Source: Ostrea edulis (taxonomy: Eukaryota). From it: 64,000 nucleotides of DNA. The notes under the pieces are model-generated. The model did not search any database. It worked only from the letters and a program-made list of their open reading frames with translations, and was not told the origin of the DNA. This document shows, piece after piece, positions 22,406 to 35,084 of this stretch. Both the position numbers and the translations under genes were made by a program. Within the stretch, counting starts at the first letter, position 1; every line of letters begins with the position of its first letter. The stretch lies in contig NC_079173.1 in the NCBI RefSeq assembly GCF_947568905.1, forward strand, positions 37,262,001 through 37,326,000, in the 5' to 3' direction.

Positions 22406-23038
22406 TTTATGAGCATGCTTGATGTTAAGCGATGTTCTGATTGTTTTATGTGATATATACATGTACATTGTAAAGCCTTAAATTCACTCTTGGGTGTATT
22501 TAAATAGGAGCATTAGCTGTCAATTTGGATGTAAAAACTTTTTTATTCTGATCTGTGATTAAAATGCTGAAATGTATTCAAAAATGAAGAAAAAGAAATC
22601 TGAGAGTGCAAAAACGGCGATTTCAAATGAAATTTAAGAAAATTAGTAGAATGTCACTGCAATGAATTACTAATGTTTCGGTCATTATTTCTATATAAAT
22701 AAAAGAAATTCTAATGTCAAAATGACAACAAAAGATAGCAAAGTGTATGGATTTTATATGTCAGTGGTGGTTTGTATGTACTGTAAAGCTGTTTTTAGTA
22801 ACAATTTGTAAATACTGGTAAGGCTTTGGCAGCCATAAATTCCCCTTTTAAGGGTTTGTTATCTGAAGAGGTTTTTGGATACTTTTGAAATGAGTTTTAT
22901 GTTCATTCTCTACGTGCATTAACATTATGGGTAGGTCATAATCCTTTATTGCAATTTTAATTTCACAATATTGCAATTAGTGAAAATTATCAAATGGCAG
23001 AAAAATTCAGGCTGTCTGATACAGTAACCTTTATAGAG

Positions 23039-23279
23039 TACTGTAAATCATATTTCATTTGCAAGAATATTATTTAACCCGTAATTTTGGAAGACTAACT
23101 TCAGCTCTCACGAATAAACTCTTAGATATAGAAAACTTAAGCAATAAATAGTTATTTGTGAGAGTTACACAGTACATGGATGTCTTGTGATTGAATACAT
23201 CACTGCATCCACACCAAAATGAGGTCGTGCAAAAGTTAGGTGTCGAGAAAATAAAAATTAATTAAAATGATCTACAGTA
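23039..23279. mobile_element. TACTGTA..TACAGTA MITE (Tc1/mariner-pogo-like)
   Basis: Terminal TACTGTA/TACAGTA with TA ends. Confidence 0.5.
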
Positions 23280-23309
23280 AAATCAAAGCTGAATGAACAT
23301 CTTTTGTAG

Positions 23310-23528
23310 ATGGATTTTACAACATCTCCACGGGACTGACCATTGGTTGTGACTTTGATATGAGTTCTGAGGGTCTGTCAGAGAAGGCTGCAGAGGAGGG
23401 CTGGTATAAAGCTGACAATGGCGCTTTGAACTTTGCTTCTGTGTTCTCGGAGTCACAGAAGGATACAGGGAGCACTGCTGATCGCCGTGACAAAGGGAGA
23501 CTACTGCTGGAAAAACTCACTGCTTCAA
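23310..23528 (+). CDS. SCRN: Secernin-like coding exon 4
   Basis: GFYNISTGLTIG..EEGWY..LNFASVFS; 219 nt, phase 1-1. Confidence 0.93.
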
Positions 23529-23806
23529 GTAAATAACTGACTCACCAGAAATTTCCTGTTTATAGTGGTTTTGATATGCATTGCTGATAATCAGTGGTAT
23601 CCCGCTCTCAAATGAACAAAGTATATGAATGTACACACTGAAAATTCAAATAGGGAAACATTAGTACTTTAAATGTCTTTGTTATTTTATGAGAAGACAT
23701 TTTTATCCATGTGAGTATGTTTTGATGCAAGCTTGAATAGTGCATACTATTCTGAATTTGAGAGTTATAGGATTTTGTTGGCATAGGAGATACCTGTATG
23801 TAGTGA

Positions 23807-24112
<306 letters not shown>

Positions 24113-24135
24113 TGACCTAGAGACTGAGAGACTAT

Positions 24136-24141
<6 letters not shown>

Positions 24142-24199
<58 letters not shown>

Positions 24200-24424
24200 T
24201 GATAAGAACTAGAAAATGCATCATTTAAAGGTCATTTTTATATCCCAATTTGGCAAGATACTTTGCAGTAGGTCAGCATCATAGTGTTCCTGGTCTGTCA
24301 GTCTCTCTATCTGCAATTTCATAATATGCCCTTCATTTTTGACTTGTATAAAATAGACACTTCTGTTTTGGTGAACTTTAAAGTATATAATCAAAACTAA
24401 CACATACACACTCACTCATGCACA

Positions 24425-24459
<35 letters not shown>
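24142..24459. repeat. (CT)n at 24142-24195 and (CA)n(GA)n at ~24420-24459
   Basis: Direct reading. Confidence 0.9.
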
Positions 24460-24686
24460 CATTTATGGACAGTCAGACTAAGTTACATTTGGGGAAAATT
24501 GTGGCAAAATGCATCTTGTTCATTGACTATGAAACTAAGATTTTATTTTTCATTAATTTCTATTTGATTACTCTTTATGGGTTTTAAAAATGTGTATTTT
24601 GATGAAAAATGTGTCATTAATACAGGAGCTTTAACAACATCCCCCGACTTTTTGATGTTGTGTAATTTAATGTGTCATTATTACAG

Positions 24687-24985
24687 GAGCTTTAACAACA
24701 TCCCCCGACTTTGGAGAAAGTGACCCAGCTCGAGTGACACCTAGGTTCCAGGACCAAGTGGACCGAAACCATCCACTGATCAAAGGTCACAAAAAGTTCC
24801 TGAATCTACTGGAGCGCGACAAACTACAAGGTCACATGATTAAGGAAAATCTCAGAGAGCTAGAACAGAATTGTCTGGAGGATATCAAGGAAGTTCTGTC
24901 ACAGTTCAATGAGCAGAGCTACGTAAAAGTAGCGTCTATTTTTAGTCACATGTGTGATATAGAGATGAACTTTTACAAAATTTGA
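24687..24985 (+). CDS. SCRN: Secernin-like terminal coding exon
   Basis: TSPDFGESDPARVTPRFQDQVDRNHPL..EMNFYKI*; TTACAG acceptor. Confidence 0.93.
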
Positions 24986-25651
24986 TTCTATTTATTGGAG
25001 ATAAATAGGACATGGAAAACTTTGCTGAGAGCTTTCAGTAGTCGGTGTTGTGTTACATATTGTACATGTATTTAAATACAGTCGGTGAAGTGAGAATTCA
25101 TCAGGCTTGCACCACACTTAATTCAGAAGACTAAATTCACATGCAAGGTGTCTTTTGAGACTCCAAGCTATGATCACATTCCATAGTTCTCATCCTCTAT
25201 AAATCTTAGAGTAGATAATTTGTTTGCAAAATTATGGGGGATAATGAATTATATATAGAAACTTTAAATGGGGCTGGGGGCTGTGGAGCCGATTGTGCGA
25301 AATTAGAATTTAACAAAATTTGAGGGGTGCCACTTTCCAGATTAAGTTGAAGTGTCGACTTTGTTAAGATGTGAAAAACGGACTCAGTACTCCAATTCAT
25401 TGATTTATAAAGCTAAATTATTAGACCACTGTACTTTGTTTACTTCTAAAGGGAATGGAAAAACAGTGCTTAAGATTGGATGTAACTTCAGGACTTAGAG
25501 CTCTGATTTAACATCTAGCTTTCAAGAAAATATATAAAATTCAACAAAATCTTACAAGTCTTTAAAACCCCCCAGATTATATTAATATATTGTTTTTATA
25601 TCAGAGTCCAACATGTCCAAGGTGGGATGTTTTCCGTAAAGAGAAGAGAAA

Positions 25652-25882
25652 TACTGTATAGGGGGTTTTTTCCGCGGGGTTATAATTTTGGCTTTATTTA
25701 GCTGTTAGATAGCTTTCCGCCAAAATTTCAATTGCTGAATATGCACTCAATTGTGGCTTCAGTATTTGAAAGATAGAAAACTTCCCTGTCCGCCAAAATT
25801 TATTCCGCTATAATTATTAGCACACCTTTCAGCCAGCAAATCGCCAAATTTTAGAACCGCGGAATAAGCCCGCTATACGGTA
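25652..25882. mobile_element. TACTGTATAG..CTATACGGTA MITE
   Basis: TIR TACTGTATAGGGGG..CCGCGG / CCGCGG..CGCTATACGGTA; internal CCGCCAAAATTT repeats. Confidence 0.65.
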
Positions 25883-28304
25883 GCTCCTAAACTACTTTCC
25901 CTTTGTCATTATATTAAGTCGGAACTACTTGTCTGTGATAGTTCCTCCATTGAGATAATATTCAGCCAGCATACTCATTAGAACGACTAGATCACTGCAG
26001 TCACTACAGGGTGTATATACATGTGAAGTATTCCTTTAGTGATAAGTGCATACACTATAATTGTCAGACACATTCCAAGAGATACTTACAATGTACATGT
26101 AATGAAACAGTATTTCATATTTTGTCCAGAAATAAATTCTTGTTGCATGTATATATTTTAGAAACAAGATGAATACCATAAAATCTCATGGACCATTGAA
26201 TATTAGATATACATGACTATACAAAAATAAGATTCTGTGCCTAAAAATGTTAGGTCATTCATTAACCTCCCCTACTCCTTGCAATATTAGAGTAACAAGG
26301 ATTCATACAGGTGCAAAACAATTCAACATTAAGGTGAAGCAACAGAGCATAGCAGGTACTAGAGCATCTATTTGCATTTTATTTCAATGAGTTTACCAAG
26401 AAGTGCATAAACATGAAGAAATATGGAACACTTTTCTATTCATTTCTGTCACTGACATATGAATGTAAACAGGATTAGGTATTTCATTTTAAGTGGAACT
26501 AACACAAGTTAAACTGACAGGAAAATGCCAAATGAATCCGCCTGCAGGCCCTGCTGAGTAGGCAGCACGATGTGAATTCAGTGATGTTATTTTGTAGAAA
26601 TTAATTTTTACAGTACATGTTCACACGTATATCTGTAGAAGAAATTCATGTATGTCTCCTGAAAGATCAGGATAAATGTAAGAGGCCTGAGAATAGACTT
26701 AAGTCAAAATTTTGATTACTTATATCTTGAGATTTATTCAGCAAAGATGTTTTAAAAACTGCTGGTTTATAACAACAACAAAATTAAATGCCAAAATATA
26801 CTGAAAATTTTATTTGTTTATGAGAACTATTTCAAAAATTATTTGAATTCGAAATGTAGACTTGACTTTATTCTCAAGTTTATGGTCTGGAGGCCTGGTG
26901 AAGGTTGACCTATTGACCTATCTTTAAAATCATGATTAATTAAATTCAGTTGCCTTACACACACATAGCTAAAAATAGAGCCGGACTGGTCAGAAATGGT
27001 CAACCTGTTTTTCGACATACCCTCTGCCATCTGACTTTGTTTTTAAGATTGTTTTTTTTTTTTTATGAAACTTCTGTATAAATGTTTGGGTTTTTTAAAT
27101 TTTGTTTTTGTTTATCTTGCATATATAAACTGTCCATGGTAGAATACTGAAGAAAAACAACAATTGCTCATACTGTGCTAGTCTTGAAGAGGATACTAAA
27201 AAAATCAGTCATTCGTAAACAAAGTGTGTGATTAGACTAAGTAATAATTGATATTCTAACTTCATATTAGAGTTGGCAAAGCTGTTACAGGCAATAAAAA
27301 CAATATTTAGAAAGAAATGCTTGTTGCTGAACTTTTCATGTTGAGTATAGTATACCAATTTTTCATAGATATTATTATCTGTATAGAAAATCATTCTTAT
27401 AAAGTCCACACACACACAAATCATGATATTAGATTTTATTATCAGAGAATAACAACATAAGGTTCATACCCGCAATCAAGTGCTTTTTTTGTTACTGAGC
27501 TGCAATATATTTTTAGTATTATTTGTTTTAGTGCAATATTTTATTGTGTTCAGTTTTCTTTCTTTTTTTAATATACATGATTATCTATGACATTTCTATT
27601 TGATTTTACATTTAATTTCATGTTCAGTGCTGTGATACATGTATTTTAAGATATTTTGTAGTTCAATAGTTGAGTTAATTATTTTGAGATTGTGATTGAT
27701 TTATTGCCATTTTATGTTTATCTACAATACATATATACATGAACCAGTATATGTTGATATGACTACATTCTTAAGTTATTGACCAGTTCATCTCCAACTC
27801 TGATTTGTGATTATTTTTTTTACTTGTGCATGTTGGGGAACGTGTTAAAAACTGCATGTTAAAGACAGAGTGCAGTTTTAAGTTTAAATTAGGGTTATGA
27901 TTTACTGATCATTTAGCACATACTGCTGTGAGGTCAAACTTGTTTCAGCTTGTGATTGAGTTGACTGGTCAGGTGCCCCACGTTTAGCCATGTTGATGAT
28001 TTTGTTATCAGTAACATAGTATATCGCCTCGATCAGTTGCACCCCGTTGTGGTGGATGCTATCAGTAACATAGTACATCGCATCGAAGAGTTACACCCCG
28101 TTGTGGTGGATGCTGTAGATTGTGAGATATATACAAAAATACTTGCGATGGAAATACGAAACATACTTGTGATGGAATCCCACTATCTACATGTACTCAC
28201 GATATTCATTTCAGGGTTATAGCTGTACATGTAATGCATATGTAGCTCAGAAAGTTCGGGAAAAGTACCACAAAATTATACTGACGGTTGGATCACACAC
28301 TTAC

Positions 28305-28600
28305 TGTATGTCAACATACACTCATTTGTTACTATGTCAACATACACTTATCTGTGTACTATGTCAATACATGTATATACTCATTTGTTACTATGTCAAT
28401 ATACTCTGTGTACCATGTCAACATACACTCATTTGTTACTATGTCAATATACTCTGTGTACCATGTCAACATACACTCATTTGTTACTATGTCAATATAC
28501 TCTGTGTACCATGTCAACATACACTCATTTGTTACTACAAAGTATGTCAATTTACTCTTATATGTGTACTATGTCAGCATACACTCAGTGTGTGTACTTG
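28305..28600. repeat. 48-bp (2 x ~24) minisatellite
   Basis: ATGTCAACATACACTCATTTGTTACT/ATGTCAATATACTCTGTGTACC units. Confidence 0.9.
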
Positions 28601-28822
28601 CATCAACATACAATATGCATATACAAAATACACATTCATTTGTGTGCTTGCATTACTATAGAATCATTTGTGTACACACTTGTCACTTACAATTCTTTGA
28701 GAGGAATGTGTGTTATTTGTAATTCAGAAGTAATTGTCAACTGATAAGCATCAAACAGTCATCACGTATTCGTATTAAACCATGCTGATTTTACTGCGAA
28801 GTGATCAGTAGATGAAAGAATT

Positions 28823-29093
28823 CAGTGGTGGATTTAGAAGGGAGGGTTGACCAAAAATAAAAAAGAACAATTTAATACATGTAGCAGAACAACAGCAAAA
28901 TTATTAAGATTTGACATTATACAAACCAACAAATCAATTATTAATTTCTTGTTATTAATTGATTTTATTATGTATAAAGTATAGCTAAATTAACCCATAA
29001 AAGTAACTGTTACAAATAAAAAACTTCAAATCCCTGGTCCTCCAACCTGTTACACCCTCCCCCCTTTTTTAACAAATCCTGGATCCGCAACTG
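28823..29093. mobile_element. CAGTGG..CAACTG MITE with 5-bp duplication GAATT
   Basis: CAGTGGTGGAT / ATCCGCAACTG termini; GAATT on both sides. Confidence 0.6.
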
Positions 29094-29535
29094 GAATTGT
29101 TGTTGAGTAGTGAATTATTGTGTAGTTAAGTCTTAAATTTTTTATATGCATGTCATTGTGGCTGTGCAATATTTTTAAAAGTTATTTTATGCTGAACTGT
29201 TGTATTGAAATAAACATGTACCACAACAAGTGTTTGTTGTTGATTTTTAGTAGGGTTTGTTAATGGACCACTTTCAATCAAACTTACCCCAAAGAATTTT
29301 TTGGTGCTTGGTGAAGGAGATTCAAAATGGAAGGTCATGTCTTCTGAGAGAAAATTAAGTGTTTAAAATGTCTTCTGAAGAACCACTGAATCTTTAAAAC
29401 CAAAACATGATGAACACTTTTTTCATATATTAAACGATATTTTTTATATATAAAAAAGGTTTGCTCAAACACAGTGCAGAACCTCAAAGTTTTACCATGG
29501 GGTTCTTTTAAAATCTCAAGAACCACTAGGGAACA

Positions 29536-29806
29536 TTGATTGATTGTATATTGTTTATCGTCCCTCTTGAGAATTTTTCACTCATATGAAATCGTTAACA
29601 TTGCCGGTGAAGGGCAGCAAAACATAGGCCTATGCTCGGTGCTTATGGCCTTTGAGAAGGGAGGGATGTTTATCATGCCACACCTACTGTGACACGTGGC
29701 CTCTGTTTTTGTGGTCTCATCCGATTGACCACCCCATTTAGGCACCTCTTATGACAAGTAAGGGGTACTGAGGGGGACCTATTTCAATCCAGAACCACAC
29801 AGGACT
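29536..29806 (-). mobile_element. 5'-truncated SINE with (CAAT)n tail
   Basis: Minus-strand core GAGGCCACGTGTCACAGTAGGTGTGGCATGATAAA related to the 21135 and 31565 SINE bodies. Confidence 0.65.
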
Positions 29807-30454
29807 AGGGTACAATTAATGTGCCAAATGAATATGCAAGTATCCCCATGTGTGATGTCAAGTTTGTTAATATCGTGACTCCTGAAATTTACGTAGGAAT
29901 ATAAAGGATCATCATTGAATAAATGTAACAAAATTGTTGATTTTTATGTTCATAGTAAGCAAGTTGTGGTACGGAAGTTTTGGCACAGTTGAGCTCCACC
30001 CCTAGAAGTTATTGTATGTTGGAAATCTGCCAAAAGTTTTCTGCCTTATTTAAAATATGGCTATTCCTTCAGTAACGTTGTTTATATGCCATGAATTGGA
30101 ATCAAAGTAGAGAACCCCCTCTTTGTTTACATTATTTTGTTGCACACTAGTACATCTATTATTGTTTTACAAGTGGTCAACTCAAAGGCTTACAGAAAGT
30201 AGAAACTGGCTATGCAGAACAACTTAAAAAGGTGATCAGCGGGGAAATCACATCTTGGATAAATTAATGGTTCTATGTTTATTTTTTTAATGTGTAAGGG
30301 GAAAAGGGTATGTATATGAGATCTATGTGGACGAAATTTACACTTCAGGTGCCTCTGGTGGAATGTAGCCATTTTTGTTCCTATATCTAACTCTTAAAAC
30401 AGTAGACTTATGATGTCACATCGCATGTAATTTTGAATTGATATTTACATAGCG

Positions 30455-30528
30455 GTCAGCCGGGTTCGAATCCCGGTCTGGTCCGTTACATTTTATTCCT
30501 GTTATATTTGGTGCCGTGACCAGGATTC
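30455..30528 (+). mobile_element. LTR-like 3' end followed by a tRNA-His primer-binding site
   Basis: GGGTTCGAATCCCGGTCTGGTCCGTTACA.., then TGGTGCCGTGACCAGGATTC (30509-30528), complementary to the invertebrate tRNA-His 3' end. Confidence 0.65.
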
Positions 30529-30864
30529 CTAAACACAAATCATGCCTTCACCTTTACCTCGCTTCCACACATCTACACCCAAAGATAGTGGTACAAGGTC
30601 CAAAACTCATGTTATGTGCATTATGTTATTACACGTACTTGTAGGCCGATATTGTGGTTGTCAATTGGGTCAGGTTGAGAGTCAAAGTTGAAGGAGCAAC
30701 AAGGATTCTTTTCCTGAATCGGAGGCATGCAGGGACTCCTAGAGGACCTTACAGAAGTTTGTTTGCGGTGTTGGTTATAGGAAAATGTTTTCAATACGTT
30801 TTCAGACTTGCTTTGTGATTAATTGGCATTATGGTTGCACATTTGCTTTTACGAGACATTAGGA

Positions 30865-30970
30865 AATATGAAAGGTGAAGATAACGAACAGTGATCAATC
30901 TCATAACTCCTAAAATCAATACAAAATAGATAGTTGGGCAAACACGGACCACTGGACACACCAGATCTGC
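30865..30970. mobile_element. Penelope-like retroelement 3' fragment; same family at 32470-32705 + 51129-51180, 41350-41605, 42285-42440, 54228-54600
   Basis: Shared GAAAGGTGAAGATAACGAACAGTGATCAATCTCATAACTCC..GTTGGGCAAACACGGAC; family assignment by recollection. Confidence 0.6.
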
Positions 30971-31216
30971 AAATCTAAATCCAAATATGCAGTACATTAT
31001 TTAAAGAGTAGGTAGAGACCCCCGATTTCATCAATGTCCTGTGTGCGGTGTTAAGGACATAAAACGTAATGATATACCCGCCATTTCCGTACCCGCTCGA
31101 CCATGAAACAAGTACTCTGCAACTCTGTCCTCAACAAAAACTATTCATCATTTTGCATTCACTGTTCACCAACCGCTCACGTTCGCCGTTTACAAAGCAT
31201 TCGTCGTTTGTCCACC

Positions 31217-31340
31217 CACAGGAGTTTGAAATTTTATCAACAAAGTCAATAAAATTCACTTGATTGACCAACGCATAGCTCATGGCTTGGTCAATCAAGT
31301 GAATTTATTGACTTAATTGATAAAATTTCAAACTCCTGTG
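31217..31340. mobile_element. 124-bp near-perfect palindromic MITE, same family as 14589-14836
   Basis: CACAGGAGTTTGAAATTTTATCAA / TTGATAAAATTTCAAACTCCTGTG; flanks GTCCACC/GTCCATC (7-bp TSD, 1 mismatch). Confidence 0.8.
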
Positions 31341-31564
31341 GTCCATCCAGCGTTCAGTCCAATCGAAACTACTCGGCTATTTTCGTAACCGCTTCTTGCC
31401 AGTTACGGGAAAAGACGAGCGTGTGATCCGACTGCGTTCAGTCGTCTGTCTTTGAATAGTCATTCGGAACTCTGAAGTGAAAAGTCATTCGGAACTCTGA
31501 AAAGTTAAAGAAACTTTCATATTACATCAGAAATAGGATTTTGAAGAACAAAGTACCTGGGATC

Positions 31565-32240
31565 GGTCACGGTAGCTAAGTGGTAGAACATTCACTTCGC
31601 AACCGGGAGGTCGTGAGTTCGAGCCCCTCTTGTGCCATGGCCACGTCTAACCCATGATGTTAAAATAGGTAGTGATTGCTCATTCGCCAAACGCTCGGCA
31701 TTTAGAAGTCAGAATCACTGGTCTTTCGTATATCACCTTGGAAACGGATGTCCTGTGTCATGGTCACGGTAGCTAAGTGGTAGAACATTCACTTCGCAAC
31801 CGGGAGGTCGTGAGTTCGAGCCCCTCTTGTGCCATGGCCGCGTCTAACCCATGATGTTAAAATAGGTAGTGACTGCTCATTCGCAAAACGCTCGGCATTT
31901 AGAAGTCAGAACCACTGGTCTTTCGTATATCACCTTGGAAACGGATGTCCTGTGTCATGGTCACGGTAGCTAAGTGGTAGAACATTCACTTCGCAACCGG
32001 GAGGTCGTGAGTTCGAGTCCCTCTTGTGCCATGGCCGCGTCTAACCCATGACGTTAAAATAGGTAGTGATTGCTCATTCGCCAAACGTTCGGCATTTAGA
32101 AGTCAGAATCACTGGTCTTTCGTATATCACCTTGGAAACGGATGTCCTGTGTCATGGCAGGCGTTGGCACGATACAGACCCCCCCCCCCACCCCCCCACC
32201 CCCCCTTGCTACGACCCTGAGTGCTACGCATAGGTCTAAA
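31565..32240 (+). mobile_element. tRNA-derived SINE whose 5' 197 bp is tandemly triplicated
   Basis: Units start at 31565, 31762 and 31959, each with TAGCTAAGTGG A-box and GAGTTCGAG(C/T)CC B-box; a single 3' tail follows unit 3. Confidence 0.85.
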
Positions 32241-35084
32241 TAAAACTTAACTCGAAGTTTCGACTTAAAATTGTATCAACAAGTCCTGGCCTGATATACA
32301 AATTTTATATATAACACGAAACAAAAATATAATTCGATGACAATTGCTGCGAGTCTAATTTGCAACATAAATGCCAATTTTTAAAGTCAGTAGTAAACGG
32401 CAGTGGACTTGATGCTTTTACTAAATTGACCCATTCCTTTCCCACCTTCAGAAACGATGCTACGGGACTGTACATACATTCCCAGCATTTCATGATAGAG
32501 ATATGGTCGTTACAATGATCTAGATTGCCAATACAACCTATCATTGGATTAAATGCTGTCTGATGGCCGTTCTTTACACAATTACTGTGACTATGGTTTA
32601 TTCCGTTAACCTGATCAAGATATAGGGCTCAATGGCAAATGTAATCGGTCGACAGGGGATGTTTACTCCTCTTAGGCACCTGATCCCACTTTGATATATC
32701 TGCCCGGGTGTTGCTAAAACGCGGATCGAAAAACGGAACGGAAAATATTTTATGCAATAATGTTATGTTCCTCATAACATTATTGCATAAAATATTTTCC
32801 GTTCCGTTTTGTAAAATCAAAAGGCTTATTATGAACAAGGGAAGCAGAAATTACAAGAGAACAGGAAGTCATACTCAGAATCCACCATTTCGTATTAATG
32901 CCTCATTCTAATGCATTATTGTGAATTTAAAAACGGTGGATTTTGTGGGTGAATGTACCAGCAGACGCTTGCTTAATATTTGGCATAGTAAGTTTTAATA
33001 AAAATATTAAGCAAGCGCCTGTTGGTACCAGCCTTTTCCCCGGCTTTGTCACTCACACCCAACCCCCAGATTGTGACAGTATGTTGCTTCACAAATGAAA
33101 AAGAAAGATAAAGATGCTGAAAAAGACTTGAATTATAATAGAACCCTTTCAAATTATATTACTTTATTCTGGCTGCTAACTTAGAAAAGATTTTATAAGC
33201 CTACCCAATGAATAAAAGGTACACCCCCCCCCCCCCCCCCCGAAAATAACAGTGTAAAGATGAAATAATTTTTTGAACAATTTCCTCCAAACATAGCCTT
33301 TTTAATTTTTTAATTTAAATCGAACGTGATTTTAGTCGAACTAGAGTGTTTAAGATAACTGAATTTGAATTTAGTTCTACACGTACCTGGTACAGTATAC
33401 ATTTATGTATCACATCAAATTTAAAGCGAACGAGTTCATTGTAGAAAAAAGGTTTGTCTCATTTGGGATGATTCTATGTGAAAGTTCGTACATTTACCGA
33501 TATCCTGTGGATTAGTGTTGAAACTGAAGAGATGCATGTACAGGGGGATGGAAAGATTTAAACAGAACCATGAAAACTAGGGTGAAGTTTACTACCCATA
33601 GTAAGAGGAATCAACAGATTTATTTCATAATATATGAAATAGCTAAAAGGCTAACACAGAATGTATGGTTGAATGGAATTAAAAGTCATCTCATTATTAA
33701 TCTAAATGTTAAGATAATGATGCAAGTATTTAGTTTAGAAATGAACTGCCAGAAGTCCTCCTTATTTAGGATTGGAGTGCTGCGGTCACCAAGTCTCAGT
33801 TAAAAAAATTGATAAATCAAACACAAGATGTTTAACTTATTGACTTAATAAGATCAAAAGTTATCGTTGTTAGTAGTATAGTAAGCTGTATGGGGGGGGG
33901 GGGGGGGGGGGGGGGGTAAACAATAGACCTATTGTTCTCGAGAACAATAGAAGGGGTCATATTACAACCTTGACCTACTTAAGGACAATAGATGGATGAC
34001 GTCATAGGCTAAGAATAGCTGGAAAAAACCCATGTCTATTGTTATCGAGAACAATAGAAAGGGAGTGGAATCGAAGATCAAAGGGATAGTATAGGGGGGG
34101 GGGGGTAAACAATAGAGCTATTATTCTCAAATAACAAAGGACCCGAGTCTGAAAATTCCGAGTGAATAAGGGTATACGAGCGGGATCGAAGATCAAAGGG
34201 ATTGTATGGGGGGGGGGGGGGGTAAACAATAAAGCTATTGTTCTCAAATAATAAAGGACCCGAGTCTGGAAATTCCGAGTGAATAAGGGATACGGAAAAA
34301 CCTGACACGGTCTGTGTAAAATTCCGGTAACGTTAAACCAAAATCATGCGAGTAGTGTATTGGTAGAATTTCATTATGAATTTTAATCAGAATATGTAGT
34401 TCCATAACAAAGGATGCGAGTCTGGACTTTCCGAGTCAGTAAGGATATACGGAAAACCCTGACACGGTCATTGTAAAATTCAATGAGGTGTTGTTAAATT
34501 ATGCGAGTGGCGTATTTGCAATGGTAAACATAATTATGGTAAAACGATGAACGGAGTTACGATAAAGTGCATGCCATTGTTCACGGGATGACAAAAGCTT
34601 TCAATCCTGTAAAACGAATGCGTGCAGTGACACCGAGAAAATAATTTTATTCCTCGTTAGATCATCGATGGAGAGGGTCGTATCAGATAATCCAAGTGAC
34701 TCCGAGTGAAGAAACTTAACACTTATTTTACTTTAATGCATCGATGGATATACCTGTATCTAACAGAAAGTATTCTCATTCCGATGAACATAAGAAATAA
34801 AAAACAAGTACATTTTTTCATTAATTTTGTATTCAAGTTAAGGTATAAATAAAGTCCCATGCCGATTACACTCATGATTTGGATCTGAAAAGAAAAAGTT
34901 TTTATTTTCAAAATAATATTACTATGGAGTGACAAGTTTTTTTTTAATTGCATCTAATCAACGAAGAGATCCCACCTGTATTTATGAGATAAATTCAATC
35001 CAAGTGATTGCGAGTGAAGAAACTTTAAACTTATTTCACCTGTATGCATCATTGGATATACCTGTATTTTACAAAAGAAAACCC

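Noticed and set aside
26839-27030. 63-aa minus-strand ORF downstream of secernin as a terminal exon of a convergent gene
   Set aside because: A-rich upstream sequence without a polypyrimidine tract, no recognisable protein and no partner exons.
31565-31640. tRNA gene(s) at the heads of the 197-bp units
   Set aside because: The anticodon stem does not pair, there is no Pol III terminator after the acceptor stem, and the sequence continues into a SINE body.
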